Source of the DNA: Heterodontus francisci
Lineage: Eukaryota
NCBI RefSeq assembly: GCF_036365525.1
Contig: NC_090403.1
Coordinates: 40,797,095 to 40,861,094 of the forward strand
DNA: 64,000 bases
Direction: 5' to 3'
In this document: positions 25,321-38,625 of the stretch, piece after piece
How the letters are laid out: each line of letters starts with the position of its first letter
Position numbering within the stretch: position 1 is the stretch's first letter
Made by a program: the position numbers and the translations under genes
The notes under the pieces: generated by a model
The model's database searches: none
The model's input: only the letters and a program-made list of their open reading frames with translations
What the model was told of the DNA's origin: nothing

Positions 25321-27789
25321 CAATGATGTCTACTTCGATGGAAAGAGTGGCTACCTGAATGGAGCATCAGATGCGGCAGGCAAAAGAGTGCATGCTCGCC
25401 CCTCACCAGTGGCCTACACACTCTGTCTGCCAGCTTAAATAGGATAGAGGAAAGTCTTGCTTTGGCCGTTCACCACCTCACTGAAGTGCAGCCAAGTCCT
25501 CTCTAGCACTTGGCTAGCAGAAAAGTATGAGTAGGCATAAGGAGGAAGATGGAGAGAGTGGAATGGGGACTCTGCTCAAAGCACTTCCGTTTCCCCCCCT
25601 TACCCCCCTCAATCAGAGCCCCAAATGCAGCCTCCTGTCCCAATGACTGAGTCTGTCCCTGCACAGGTGCAAGTGGGGCAATCTTTGGCAGGGTCCTCAT
25701 GGACTCCAAAATCCATGAGCATCTGAGCAATCAACAGCAGGGGAACAAGCAGCTCGACTCTAGCTCTGCTGAAGCCACAGGGGTAGCACCCTATAGAAGT
25801 AATAGGAAAAGGAAGTGTAAAAATTTGTAGTTGCACAGGGTAATCACTTAAGTGTTTAACACTGTTAAATTGTCTATTTTATGTTCAATTTTATTTTATT
25901 CTTTCATGTGACATAGGTGTCGCTGGCAACGCCAGCATTTATTGCCCATCCCTAATTGCCCTTGAGAAGGTGATGGTGAGCTGCCTTCTTGAACGGCTGC
26001 ACCATAAACTGTATTTTAAAGGTCCATTGTCCAAACATCCCCATTGTTGCTTGCCAAGAGGCCTTCAGCCTTGAAGAAAATGTTATGAAAAAGTTAGTGC
26101 GAGGGATGGATTGTTGACTGTGTGAATACTTTGTGCTGGGGCACAGTGGGTTCGGCATTGGTAATCAGATGGCTTGACTGCCACAGGTTAGCTGAAGCGT
26201 GCCTGAATGAGTTTTTCCCAGGCATCCCTGGCAGCTATGTGAGCAACTGCAGGGACCATGGCCACATCAGGCATCCTCTTCCTCCTCCTCGGAAGATGCA
26301 GAGCAATCATCACCTACCTCCTCCTGGAACTCCAGTCCTTTCTACTGCGCTATGTTGTCAAAAGCACAGCACATCAATATCATTCTGGACACCCTTGCTG
26401 GTGCATACTGAAGGGCACCCCCAGATCTGTCCAGACACATGAATTGCATCTTCAGCCTCCTGATCGCTGGCTCAATGACAACACTTGTGCTCATGTGGCT
26501 TTGGTTGTACCTTGGGTGTCAGTGATAGGGCTCCTCACAAGTGTAATCAACTACTTCCTTAGAGAGTAGCCCTTGTCTGCAAGGAGCCATCCGCTGACTA
26601 TGGTTGGAAGTGTGTATGTGGGGGTCTGGAGTGGCACAGAATCAAGGCATCATGGCCACTTCCTGGGTATGCTGCACACACATGTAGGATGATCATTCAG
26701 TGGTTACATACCAGCTAAACATTAATGGAGTGGAAGCCCTTTTGATTGATGAATACTGTTGATGATCTGAGGGTGCCTTGATTGCCACATGTGGCAAGCT
26801 AGCCAGAATAGGAAATAGGAGGGCCTTCTCTTTCTGAGTGGCCTCATCAGTAGAGAAGAGGTGTAAGTGGTGGGATGGCAAACATGGCATTCGTCACCTG
26901 GGAGATGTACTTGTGCACAGAAGATTGTGAGATTCTGCAGATGTCACCAGCAGATCCTTGGAAGGAGCCGGAGGGAAGAAATTCAGGGCTGTGGTGACCT
27001 TGACTATCACTGGCAATGGTTGCCCACCTGGTCCACTTGGCGGGATATCCTCTTCCAGGAGGATGCAAACATTTTCAATGAACTGACATGAAAGTCTGAG
27101 TCTTCTGAGGCACTTGTGCTCAGTCATGTCCAGAAAGCTAATCCTCTGCCTGTGTACCCTGAGCTGGAGGTATCACCTCCTGCAAGTTGGAGCTCTGTGC
27201 CCCCTCCAAAGCAATGAAAACACACTCTCACAACAAATCCTGTGATCAAAAGCCTTTCAATTAGGAAAAGAAGCATCTGTCATATCTCTGGACTTAAAGA
27301 CTTTCTTGCCTGTCAATTTCTCCGCCCCATCAATCACTGCTGTCCTCTTGCCTCGTTCAACTTGGTGAGTTCTAGGAAAGACCAGGAAACTTGTGCGCTG
27401 GCAGTTAAAGCCAGAACCAGGGTTAAAAATGCACGTGATTGCCTTTAGGCATATATTAATATTAGACCCAACTGTCACATGAGGATTTCCCACACACTAA
27501 CAAACGCACTTGAGTTAAATGCAGAAGTCGACGGGTTCCTGTCGGCTTTCCCACACGCTGGCAATTTTGCTCTTTTAACCTCCCAAATGCACTGACATCT
27601 GCCGACCCTGGCAGGTTAAAAAAAAAAACAGTGCCTGAATGTCATTGCTTAGGATTCTACGATGTACCACTAATGTCACAGTTTCAAATCTGGACCAAAT
27701 CTGAGCAGCAGAGGCTGAAGGTCATGTAGTGCTAAACTTAGGAATTGCTAGACAAAAAAAAGGTCCATATAGTTCACTTTCTATCATTC

Positions 27790-28215
27790 TACCCTTATGC
27801 TTGCTGATCTACATTGGCTCCTGGGAGTCCAGCATTTTTAAAATTGTATTTGTTTTCAAATCCCTCCTTGGCTTTGTCCCTCCCAATCTCTGTAACCTTC
27901 TCCAGCCCTACAACCATCCAAAGTCTCTGCACTCTTCCGATTCTGGCTTCTTGCACATCCCTGATTTTCATCGCTCCACCATTGGAGCTGTCTAGGCCCT
28001 AAGCTCTAGTATTCGCTCCCTAAACTTCTCCACCTCGCTACCCATCTCTCCTTCTTTAAAGCACTTCTTAAAACCTACCTCTTTGAGCAAACTTTTGGTC
28101 ATCTATCCTATTGTCTCTTTATTTGGCTTGGTTTCAAATTTTTTTGGTAACACTCTTGTGATGCAACTTGGGACTTTTTACTACGTTAAAGGCACTATAT
28201 AAATGCAAGTAGTTA
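27790..28215 (+). mobile_element. L2-type LINE 3' end
   Basis: Peptides (L)HWL(L) and FKIVFVFKSL LG..PPNLCNLLQPY are followed by CTTAAAACCTACCTCTTTGA and the tail AAAGGCACTATATAAATGCAAGT. Confidence 0.75.
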
Positions 28216-28926
28216 TGATTGGTAGTCGCATGATACAACAATCATGGAGTTGTTAACTAATCATAGCAATCAATCTCTAGCAAATAGTCTGCAACAGACT
28301 CAGACATGACATGTAGAAAACCTCAGTGGTGGACAACTTTGGGAACTACAGGTCCAAAGTCAGCTTTTTCCTCCCAATGATGCTACATTTCGCGCATGAC
28401 ATGTTTGGGTATGAATAATATCAAGTGCAAGGTGTCAGGGTGAAACAAATAAAATGACTGCAGATAAATCCACATAAATGTAAATCTTTGGAATAAAAAC
28501 TTGTAGGACATGCTTAGAATCCATTCCAAACTATTGCGTAAATGAATAATAAAACACCATATCCAAAAGGCCTGTAAAATACTGTACTCCTCACTCAATG
28601 CGCACAGCCATATGCATGCATTGAGAGAATCCAACCCTATTTCCTTGTTCTTTCCTCCCATGGAATGGGAGATGGCATCAGTGTGTTCAGCCCTTATGTT
28701 TGCACTGCAGAATTGTAGAGTCACGTTTCATCATAAGGGAAACAGTTTTAGCAGTGCAAATGCAGGGAATTGGTGCATGGATGTTGCTCTCCCATAGCCT
28801 GAACCACAGAAGAAATTTAAAAGGGGTTAAAGTTAAGGCAATTACCTGCCCAAATCTAGGTAAATGATATCAAGACCCAGGGATCATAAGAGTGAAACTT
28901 GACTCTGTAAACTGGTTACTGGAATT

Positions 28927-29302
28927 TAGGGGCAAATTCTCAGTGGCCGAAGCCCATCAGATGGCTGGAGGCAGCTTCCCGGCAGTAAGCCAGACTTAGC
29001 GACGCGCCCTCCAATTCCACCCCTCCACACACCTTGGGGCCACAAATGTCAGAGGTCATCCTGTGGAGGGGGAGCCCCTCCATAACAATAGCCTGGCAAC
29101 TGTGGCCACAGTTTATTCAACCTGGCACGTCCATCTCCCTCCTACATAGCAGTGCCACCTAGAGCCTCAGGCACTTCCATTGCCCGTCCCGCTTGCGCAG
29201 CCTACCCATCGTCCTTAATTGGATGGGGGTCCTGGAGGCAGCCTGTTAATTGGTCACCTCCAGTAAGATAAATCATCAGGGTCGGGACCCAAAAATGGTT
29301 CA
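28927..29302. repeat. Internal fragment copy of the MITE at 31179-31792
   Basis: Colinear and highly similar by eye to 31370-31760, with no TIRs. Confidence 0.85.
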
Positions 29303-30400
29303 TTACGTCTCTCTTTTCTAAAAAGTGGATTGAATATACACTCTTAGCAGGTTGAGGCTCAGGCTTTGAGGCAGACAGGTTTATTTAAGGGAAACCATTA
29401 AATTAACTGTATACAGTATAAAACAATGAATTATGTACTTCACTATTCTCCTGAATATGTAAAACAATGTCATTCACTTTAAAGGAAAGATGCTCCCAGG
29501 GAGTACATCTCACGAAATCACAAGCTGCCACCCATGATTTTCCTTGCATTTGTTTTAATTTCACAGATTGGAAATTATGTTGCATGACCACAATTTCTCC
29601 AGATGTACTCTGTGTGACCACTATTCCCTAGTAGGGTGTCAGATTGTAGAACTACCCCTTTCATTTCAATAGTCTTAAAAATATAAGTTAGTGTGTCCAT
29701 ATATAAAATTATTGAGAGTAAAAAATGTTCACAGAATCTTATTTTTTTTTTAATAATAGAACGCAACTCTTCCTTCAACTAAACACAGGATCATGGAATC
29801 TGCTCTAAGGGTTTAAAATCCATTTGAGGGCTTCAGACAGCGCTACAAACAATAAAAACTAATTTTTGGGGCCACACGCCCAACTACTAAATTGCAGGAT
29901 TGAATTACCCTCTTAAATTCCCAGAGCAATATCTGTTAGTGTTTCTAACATACACACAGGTGGATTGGATTTTCTTTCTAATTATTTTCTCCGTGTTGCA
30001 TTGTCATATTCTAGTTCTGCTGCTGGTGCTGTTTAAAGCAGTCATGTGATGTAGGACCTGAAAGAAGGACAATCTTTGTAAAATATATCCTGATTTGGAA
30101 CTTAGAACTTGGAAGTACAATGAATTACAGAAAGAGATGTGCAGTAGATGTGACATGCAGCATTGTAAGTGCCTTGCACTCCCAATTTTACTTGCATCAC
30201 TATTAGCTATTGGGCAATGCTCTAGAATCTCCATGTCAGATTGCTCTATAGAACGTGAAAGGGCTTTGAAATGATCAGGAGCAGGATGTAGCAATCCAAC
30301 TTTACAGCAAATATGATGAGTGATGAGAGTCGAATCACTACAAGAGGATTTGGAAAGCACAAAAAAAAAAAAACATGCCCAGAGGTAGACAACACTCAAC

Positions 30401-31120
30401 GGACGGAATTTTACGCCACCCCAGCAAGCCGGATGGTGGTGGTGGGGGGTGGCGGGTGGTGTAAAATGGGGTGGGAGGCTACGGGAGGCCTTCCCAACCC
30501 GTTCCAGCCTCCGCCCAACTTTACGAAAGGCGGTGGGCGAAAAACGGGCCGCCTGCCCCAGGCCAGTCAAGGCTCTTAAGTTGCCAATTAACGGCCACTT
30601 AAGGGCCTTCGCCACCTCCACGGGGATTTTACCCATGGCAAGTTGAGGCCTGGTGAAAGCTGGCAGCCTCTCAGCGCCCCAGGGATGGGCCCTGACAAAC
30701 AGGCACATGGTGCCTGATTGAGGGCCTCCCTGCTTCTCCAACCACCCACAGGACCGAAGACACCCCCCTTTCCCCCAAACGACCACCCTTGCCTCGCTGG
30801 GGCCCGACCGATTACCCCCGGCGAGGCAAACCAAATTTATCTGCACTCCTGGCTCCATGTCCTCGGCTGGGCTGCAGTCCCAGCAGTGGTCACCACTCCC
30901 AGTGGCGCTGCTGGGACTAAGAGCTGCCGGCCTGATGATTGGCCAGCAACTCAATGAGGCAGGACTTCCTCACTCAACAGGTGGAAGTCCCGCCTCGGAA
31001 CAATTAAAGCCTGGGGACCCGTAAAATGCGGGACGGATCCCCAGGCTAGGCGGAAGTGGGTTCCCCACCGACTTTTACATCGGTGGCCAGCTCCCCTCCG
31101 CCCAACGTAAAATCCAGCCC
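30401..31120. mobile_element. Harbinger-type MITE
   Basis: TIRs GGACGGAATTTTACG / CGTAAAATCCAGCCC (12/15 match), flanks AAC/AAA. It is CpG-rich and therefore relatively young. Confidence 0.85.
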
Positions 31121-31178
31121 AAAATTTCTAACCTGACATGCCGTATCACTGAGCATTCCCACATGCAGTGGACACATC

Positions 31179-31792
31179 GGGTAGAATCTTATCAAACTCG
31201 CAGAGGTGGTTTTTGGAGGCAGGAGGGCAGGGATTTTTGAAATATGAGCGCCAGGTCTTCTACCCTTCGCATTCCCACCTCCAAGCGATCTTGCCAGAGG
31301 TGGGGTGATACCAGCATCAGCCGCCTGCCCAGCAGCGCCGGGTAGCTAGTTATAAGCAATTGTGCCCACTTAGGGGCAAATTCCCAGTGGCAGATTGGGT
31401 CCCCCCACTGAGGCCCATCAGATGGCTGGAGGCAACTTCCCAGTGGTAAGCCAGGGATGGCGAGGCGCACTCAAATTCCTCCCATCCACCCCGGGGCCAC
31501 AAATGCCAGAGGCCGTCTTGTGGAGGGGGAGTCCCTCCATAATGATAGTCTGGCAGCTGTGGCCACAGTTTATTCTACCTGGCACCTCCATCTGTCTCCT
31601 ACATAGCAGTGCCGCCTAGCGCCTCAGACACTTCCATTGCCCGTCCCGCCTGCGCAGCCTGCCCACCGTCCTTAATTGCATGGGGGTCCTGGAGACAGCC
31701 TGTTAATTGGTCACCTCCAGTAAGATAAACCATCAGGGTAGTGACCCAAAAATGGTCCCTTGATGAAAAACTAAGGCAGTAAGATTGCACCC
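31179..31792. mobile_element. Harbinger-type MITE
   Basis: TIRs GGGTAGAATCTTA / TAAGATTGCACCC, flanks ATC/ATT. Confidence 0.75.
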
Positions 31793-32099
31793 ATTATCTC
31801 TGCTGGGGCTGCAACAGAAAGGTGATGTACTTTGAGTTAGGAAAGGAAAGCTGGAGAATGGCTTAACCTGTTTTATCTTCATGCACCCCCTAGATTTTGG
31901 TTTAGAGGAAGTCATAAGTGCAGGTGCATAAGTGCATTGCCAGTCTGCCTTGCTTCTGGAGGACTAATATTTGATGTATATATTGAGAACCTTATGCCTG
32001 GGCCCCTCTATATGTCATATTTTCATTGGTTACCAGGAACTGCTCAAATTTAATACCACTCTATCTGAAAAGCCCTTGATACACAAACAAGAATTGTAA

Positions 32100-35000
32100 A
32101 CAAAGCCAATTACGAAGGTATGAGGGGAGAACTGGCTAAGGTTAATTGGCTAAATAGACTGGAAGATATATGGTGGTAAATGAACAGTGGGAAACATTTA
32201 AAGAAACAATTCAAAGGGTTCAACAAAAGTATATTCCACTCAAAAACAAAAACTTCAAGTAAGATCCATCTGTGGTTCATTTAGGAAGTTTATGAGAGAA
32301 TTAAACTAAAAGAAGAGGCTTACAATGTTGCAAAAATAGTAGCAAGTCTGAGGATTGGGAATGTTTTAGAAACCAGCAAAGGGCTGCCACAAAGTTGATA
32401 GAAAGGGAAAAAATTGAATGAGAGTAAACTAGCCAGCAATATAAAAACAGATTGTAAGAGCTTTTATAAGTACATAAAAAAGAGAGTAGCTAAAGTAAAT
32501 ATTGGTCACTTATAGTCAGAGACAGGAGAAATCATCATGGAGAATGAGGAAATGGCAGAGGCATTGAACAAATATTTTGAGTATGTCTTCACAGTAGAAG
32601 ACACAAGTTCCAGCCCAGAAACAGGCAGTAACCTAGGGGCTAAAAAGAGTGAGGAAATTAAGGATATTGATATCAGCCGAGAAAAAGCATTGGAGAAACT
32701 TGAGGGACTAAAATCGAACAAGTCCCCAGAACCTGATGGCCTACACCCCAGGGTTCTAAAAGAGATAGCTGCAAAGATGCGCTGGCTATGATTTTCCAGA
32801 ATTCCTTAGATTCAGGAAAGGTCCAGTCAGATTGGAAGTTGGCAAAAGTTACACCACTTTTCAAGAAAGGAGGTAGAGAGAAAACAGGGAACTACAAGCC
32901 AGTTAGCCTATCAGTCGTTGGGAAGATGCTGGAAACTATTATTAAAAAAGTCTTAACAATGCACTTGGAAAAGCATAGCATGATTAGACCAATCAGCATG
33001 GCTTTACTAAAGGCAAATCCTGTTTGACAAATTTATTAGAGTTTTTTGAGGTTGTAACTAGTAGGGTAGATAAAGTAGATGTAGTATACCTGGATTTCCA
33101 AAAGACATTCGATAAGGTGCCATATAAAAGGTTCACAGGCAAGATAAGGGTTCATTGTGGGGGTAATATATTAGCATGGATAGAGGATTGGTTAACAGAC
33201 AGGAAGCAAAGAGTGGGCATAAATGGGGCATTTTTAAGTTGGCAGGCAGTGAATAGTGGGGTGCCACAAGAATCAGTGCTGGGGCCTCAGCTACTTACAC
33301 TTTATATTAATGACTTAGATGAAGAGACAGAGAGTAATGTATCTAAGTTTGCTGATGGTACAAAGCTCGGTGGAAAGGTAAGCTGAGGGCAGGATGTAGA
33401 GAGGCTGCAAAGAGATATAGACAGGTTAAGTGAGTGGGAAACAAGATGGCAAATGGAGTATAATATAAGAAAGTGTGAAGTTGTTCACTTTGGTCATAAA
33501 AATAGAAAAGCAGAATATTTTTTTAAAAGGTATGAAACTGATAAGTGTTGATGGTCAGAGAGACTTGGGGGTACTCATACAAGGAACGCACAAAGTTAGC
33601 ATACGGGTGCAGCAGGCTATTAGGAAGGCAAATGGCATGTTTTCCTTTATTGCAAGGGGATTGGAGTACAGGAATAAAGAAGTCTTACTAAAATTGTACA
33701 GGGTATTGGTGAGACCACACCTGGAGTACTGTGTGCAGTTTTGGTCTCCACATTTAAGAAAGGATATACTTGCATTGGAGGCAGTGCAGTGAAGATTTAC
33801 TAAATTGGTCACTGGGATGAGGGGGTTGTCCTATGATGAGAGCCTGAGTAAATTGGGCCTATATTCTCTCAAGTTTAGAAGAATGAGAGGTGATCTAATT
33901 GAGACATACAAGATTCTGAAAGGGCTTGATGTGATGGAATATAGGTATAATAGGATAAATTAGGTAGAATTTAGATATAGTTAATATATTAAACCTTTTA
34001 GAATTAAAGATTGAATAAATGGTCAATTTTCAAGACTCACTGCCATTCCCCTTTAAGAAGGTAGAGTTAAAAAATGTCAAGGTCTTTCAATGTCCCTGTT
34101 ACAATAGAATATGAACCACAAACAAGTTGGGAAATCCATTTCAGCGTCTCTGTTGCCAGAGGCTTGGAGGATAAACACACACATTGAAATATCCTGTGTG
34201 ACATCAGTAAAAGGTCGCCATAAATTTAATTAATTGATGGTGTTGGTAAATATAGGCAGATTGACCCACAAAGAAGGTTCAACCTACCATAAAACACAAT
34301 TATAAATAATAAAACAATAAAATGCAATAGTACTTACAGGAACCAAGAGTTCAAGTAGACACAATTATAAATAGTTTGACCAGATAAATGCTCACAACTT
34401 CAAGAGCAAGGGGAATTCCAGTAAAACATTAAGTGGAGATGTTAGTTAATGATGCTTTCAGGACCATATTTGGTAATAAGAAAAACACACACAGAAAGGT
34501 AACACCTATATGCTAAAAGGTCAGATGACCCCTTAGAAACAGTATAAACATGAGGATATTTGAAGCAAATATTAGAAGTGTTGAATTCCTCAAACAATAC
34601 TTCTCACCCCATGACTTACTCGGGGAATTTAAGGTAAAAATTTACTTTAAATTTTGATGGAAATTCTAAGATATTTTGCTGTAACATTAGCAAGGTTAAA
34701 CTTTTGGATTCTGTGTTCGAGATAAGATTATGTGTTACCTCTCTTAGTAATATTTGATATTGTGATATACTTATCCGCTGAAAAGTGTATTGCATGTTAA
34801 ATTCTTTAATAAATATATAAAAGTTAATAAATCATCTCATGTAGCATGCTGTATACTACTACAAGAACCCCCTCTCTGTGTCTGTTTAGGTGAAGAGATA
34901 TGTATTGAAGAGAGTTTCCCAGACCCTTATAATATCTGGGATATTTATGACTTTGCCATAATTATTAAAAATAGGCTATCCGAAAGATGGTAATATTCTC

Positions 35001-35510
35001 TGTTAGTTTTCTTTCTTTGAGGGAAAACTAGTTCAATTCTTTGGGCCCAAATAAGAGTCTGTAAGAATTTGTCTGGTTTGAACTTAATTAAAGGAGATTC
35101 GTAGGGATGTACTCCTGATTTGGTTTAGTCCCTACAAGGGGTTAAAGTCATAAATCACTTCATTGATAGGGTATAAGCTAAGAGATTGTTTCTGCTGGTC
35201 AGGGAATCTAGAATGCAGGGGCACGGTCTCAGGATAAGGGGTCGATCATTTAGGACTGGGATGAGGAGAAATTACTAAACTCAATGTGTTGTGAATCTTT
35301 GGAATTCTCTGCCCAGAGGGTTATGGATGCTCCATCTTTGAATACATTTAAGGCTGGGATAGATAGATTTTGGGTCTCGCAGGAAATCAAGGGATATGGG
35401 GAGCGGGCAGGAAAGTTGAATTGAAGTCCAAGATCAGCCATGATCGTATTAAATGGCAAAGCAGGCTCAATGGACGACATGGTGTACTTCTGCTCCTATT
35501 TCTTGTGTTC
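32100..35510 (+). mobile_element. 5'-truncated CR1 LINE (ORF2 reverse transcriptase region) split by a solo LTR
   Basis: Frameshifted peptides include KSPEPDGLHPRVLKE, DWKLAKVTPLFKKG, VYLDFQKTFDKVP, SGVPQESVLGP, KFADGTK and LVRPHLEYCVQFWSP. The element resumes at 35163 to the 3' tail. Confidence 0.95.
33930..35162 (+). mobile_element. Solo LTR (1233 bp) with a perfect 4-bp TSD
   Basis: TG...CA termini with TTGA on both sides (33926-33929 and 35163-35166). Removing it restores the CR1 sequence GGGCTTGATAGGGT. There is a TATAAA near 34543 and AATAAA near 34808 and 34825. Confidence 0.85.
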
Positions 35511-36288
35511 TGGTAAGAATGCCCAAATAAGTGAGTTGATGTATGCGCATCTATGATCACTGTCAATTATACGCAATGCATCAAATCATATTTCATATCA
35601 GCATTCTGATGAGTTTTCATTGTGGGCAGTTCGAGGTTTAGAATTTAAGTGTACAATTTTCCAGGCTGTTGTGGTTTGTGATTCAATCACTGTGGACAAG
35701 CTTGGAGAAAACATATTCCAGGGGTGGGGTATATGTTCATTATTTAATTATCAGACACGCCACGAATCAGCAGCTGACATGAAATCTTACTCCATCTCAG
35801 TTCCTTGCTGAGTGAATCCCTCTGATCATTTTCTGACATGGATGCTTGTTTGAACTTTGACCTCACCCTTTTAAAAGCAATACCAGCCATCTTGATGGTG
35901 CATTTAATAAAGCGTTTCTTCATTTCATTCTATTGCTTAGATGGAAGCTATTTTTCAACCTTTGAACCATCTCTAGGAATACATTAAAACTTAACAGACT
36001 TCCTCCATTTCAAATATCTCTCCTGGTCACATCAATTCAACAATAAATAAAAACTGTTTTGCTCACAACAGACACTGAGAAGAACTCATATCAGCAAAAA
36101 GAATATCACTCCAAAGTAAAAAGTTAGCTGTCCTGAATAAAAATTATTCACCCCAGTACAATGAGTTGACTGCAGTGTAAATGCTGTTGTAATACTTCTA
36201 CAAATACTGAAATCAATACATGATTATAGAGTAGGCAAAGGATCTCCAGTGATGTTACTTATAGGAAGTCAGACACTACAAGCATTTC

Positions 36289-36457
36289 GAGTCATAGAGT
36301 TATACAGCACAGAAACAGGCCCTTCAGCCCATCGTGTCCGTGCCGGCCATCAAGCACCTAACTATTCTAATCCCATTTTCCAGCACTTGGCCCATAGCCT
36401 TGTTTGCTATGGCATTTCAAGTGCTCATCTAAATACTTCTTACATGTTGTGAGGGTT
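36289..36457 (-). mobile_element. CR1 3'-terminal fragment, near-identical to 48123-48290
   Basis: Shares GAGTCATAGAGTTATACAGCACAGAAACAGGCCC...TTGTGAGGGTT with that copy. Confidence 0.85.
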
Positions 36458-37533
36458 GCATGAGTTAAATACAGATGGAATGGATTTATTAAACATAAGT
36501 TGCATTGGTAAATATAAGGATTTTTTGAAGTGATAGATTGATGTTATACAGAAAATATAGTAGATGAATAGCTAACACAGACTTTCAAGCTTGACACTTT
36601 CAAATGTGGCACTTCCGAATAGGACAGAAGTGGTACGCGTGAGTATTATATATTCCAGCTGATCTCCCATGTTGTTATTCATGAGTAGTTATGGATCTAA
36701 AGCATAGTTGCAACATTCAACTGCTAACCTGGCATGTCCTTTTAAGGTAGTAAAGAAATGCTTTAAATTGATCCCGAGCTCAACGGGAGATTAATTATCG
36801 TTGCTGTTGGAATTTCTCTAGATTAAGAAAGCAAAGAAAGAAATCAAACCATTGCTAATGACCTCCATCATATCTCAGGGTCAGAAGCAATTATTAGAAA
36901 ATAACTGAATGCCTTTCTCTTTTCTTTGTCTACACTTTGAGAGATTGTTCAGTTATGATTTACCGGCATTTGGTTCAAAATTTAATGGTTGGAGAGTGGC
37001 TCTTGGACAGAATCTTTCAAAGCTTTTCCTTAAATAGAATGTGAGTTACAAGGCAATAATTCAATCATGCAGTTCTGATATAAATGGTGAGGACAAATCT
37101 CAGGTCATTCACCAACATCAGTGGAGCCCTGGCTTTAATTTATTTCATTGACTTTGCCAGCTGTTAGTTATTCTTTATAACATAAAGGGATTTAATTTCC
37201 TCTGTGTTCTATTTTTTAAATAGTGATTGACAATGTTTTATTAAGTTCCCAGGCTAGCAAGTGCGTTTAAAATAGTGCAACAGCAATTAAATGTAAACAT
37301 AATGGGCCAAACCTTGCTGGAGCAGAGTATTGTGCGGTGCACACCATTAGACTTTTTTCTGCATCATTCAGTCTACAATGAAACCGTCAGCAGGCAATGA
37401 GCTAATCAAGCTACATTACACTAATCAGGAGCTAACACTGTAGAAATGCCATAACCTGCAGTACAACAATGCTGAATGTGCTGGCAAAGCAGATTGTAAA
37501 TGACACTTCCAACCACAGAGCATTGGACACTCA

Positions 37534-38224
37534 GGGCTGATGTTTACTGGCCCTCGGATGGTGGGAGCGGAGGCTGGATGGGATGGGGTGGCCACTAAAA
37601 AGCAGGGAGCCTCATCAGGATGGCTCCCTGACAGTGTCCCATGGGCAGGAGGTGGGCCCAGGTGTAGATTGGCTGCCTGCTCCACAGAGGTGGGCAGCCG
37701 ATTTGCATAATTAAGTGTTGTGTTAAGAGCCATTAAGGAGGGGGGGGGGCACCGGTATTTTGCTGACAACAGGCCGCACCCCCCCCCCCCATCCCCCCAC
37801 CACCCACTGCATGGGAATCCAGATACTCCACGGCACACAGAAAGGGCTGCAGGCAGGAAAGCCAGCCCCCACAGCCCCAACGATCCTCCCGGAGGACTTT
37901 ACGATCTGAGGGGTCTTCCGCTCTTGGCATCACTAAGTTTTTATTTAACGCCCCTCCGAGGCTTGAGATCTTCTATCTGCCTCAGGAGCGCCCATCATTC
38001 CCAGTGGCGCTGCAGGGGCTTCAGAGATGCCAGCTCTCTGAATGAGCCAGCAACATCGGGAGCACATCCATCCTCCTTAATTGGATGGCAGGTCTGGAGG
38101 CAGCCAAGTCGGAGGCTGCCTCCAGGAAAATTACCAAGCAGGTCTCGCTTCTGGCAAGTGCGGGCTCAGAAACACCATTTGATCCCAATGTCAGGACCCC
38201 TTAGACCTAGGTAAAACTCTGCCC
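37534..38224. mobile_element. Harbinger-type MITE
   Basis: TIRs GGGCTGATGTTTAC / GTAAAACTCTGCCC with a perfect TSD TCA. Confidence 0.85.
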
Positions 38225-38625
38225 TCATGTTGAGTATCATTTGAGCTTGGAAATTTCCTACAAATAAATATAGCCTCACCCCTCCAAAAAACATAATGAG
38301 CATCTCATGGCACATGCCATTAGCTGAACCTATTTCTACATCCTTCAACTCGAAAAATTTTTGGCAACGTAATTTGCCAAAGACACGTGCTGATAATGGT
38401 AAGGCAAGGACAATTTAGCATCTGGGACCTTAAAGAAGGCTGGGATCAACAGTCTATCTCTTTCACCAAAGAGATTTAAGGATTGAGAAAGAAGCAGAGG
38501 AATAATGGAGAAGGAGGGGGAATTGGAGCCAAATCAGGCACAGAAAGAAAGAGGGAAGGAAAGACTGGATTAAGACAGAGAAAAGAAAACAGAAGGGAAA
38601 AGTAAGAAAAGTGTGAAAATATTTT

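Larger units (their letters stand above)
22379..27635. mobile_element. Decayed two-gene PIF/Harbinger transposon with a nested solo LTR
   Basis: The + strand gives EVAEEVSSRS...QCHKRFNDLIRAGR|gtgagt (donor at 22857), an exon from 23136 (KKSMQN...LTAAEEDALEI) and an exon from 23546. The - strand gives MTEHKCLRRLRLS...[14 protein letters not shown] and HVAIKAP (26150-27200). The left end is GGGGTGAATCTTAAC. Confidence 0.85.

Noticed and set aside
30004-30954. 316-aa ORF on the minus strand
   Set aside because: It is mostly a GC-rich MITE running into AT-rich flank, with no recognisable domain.
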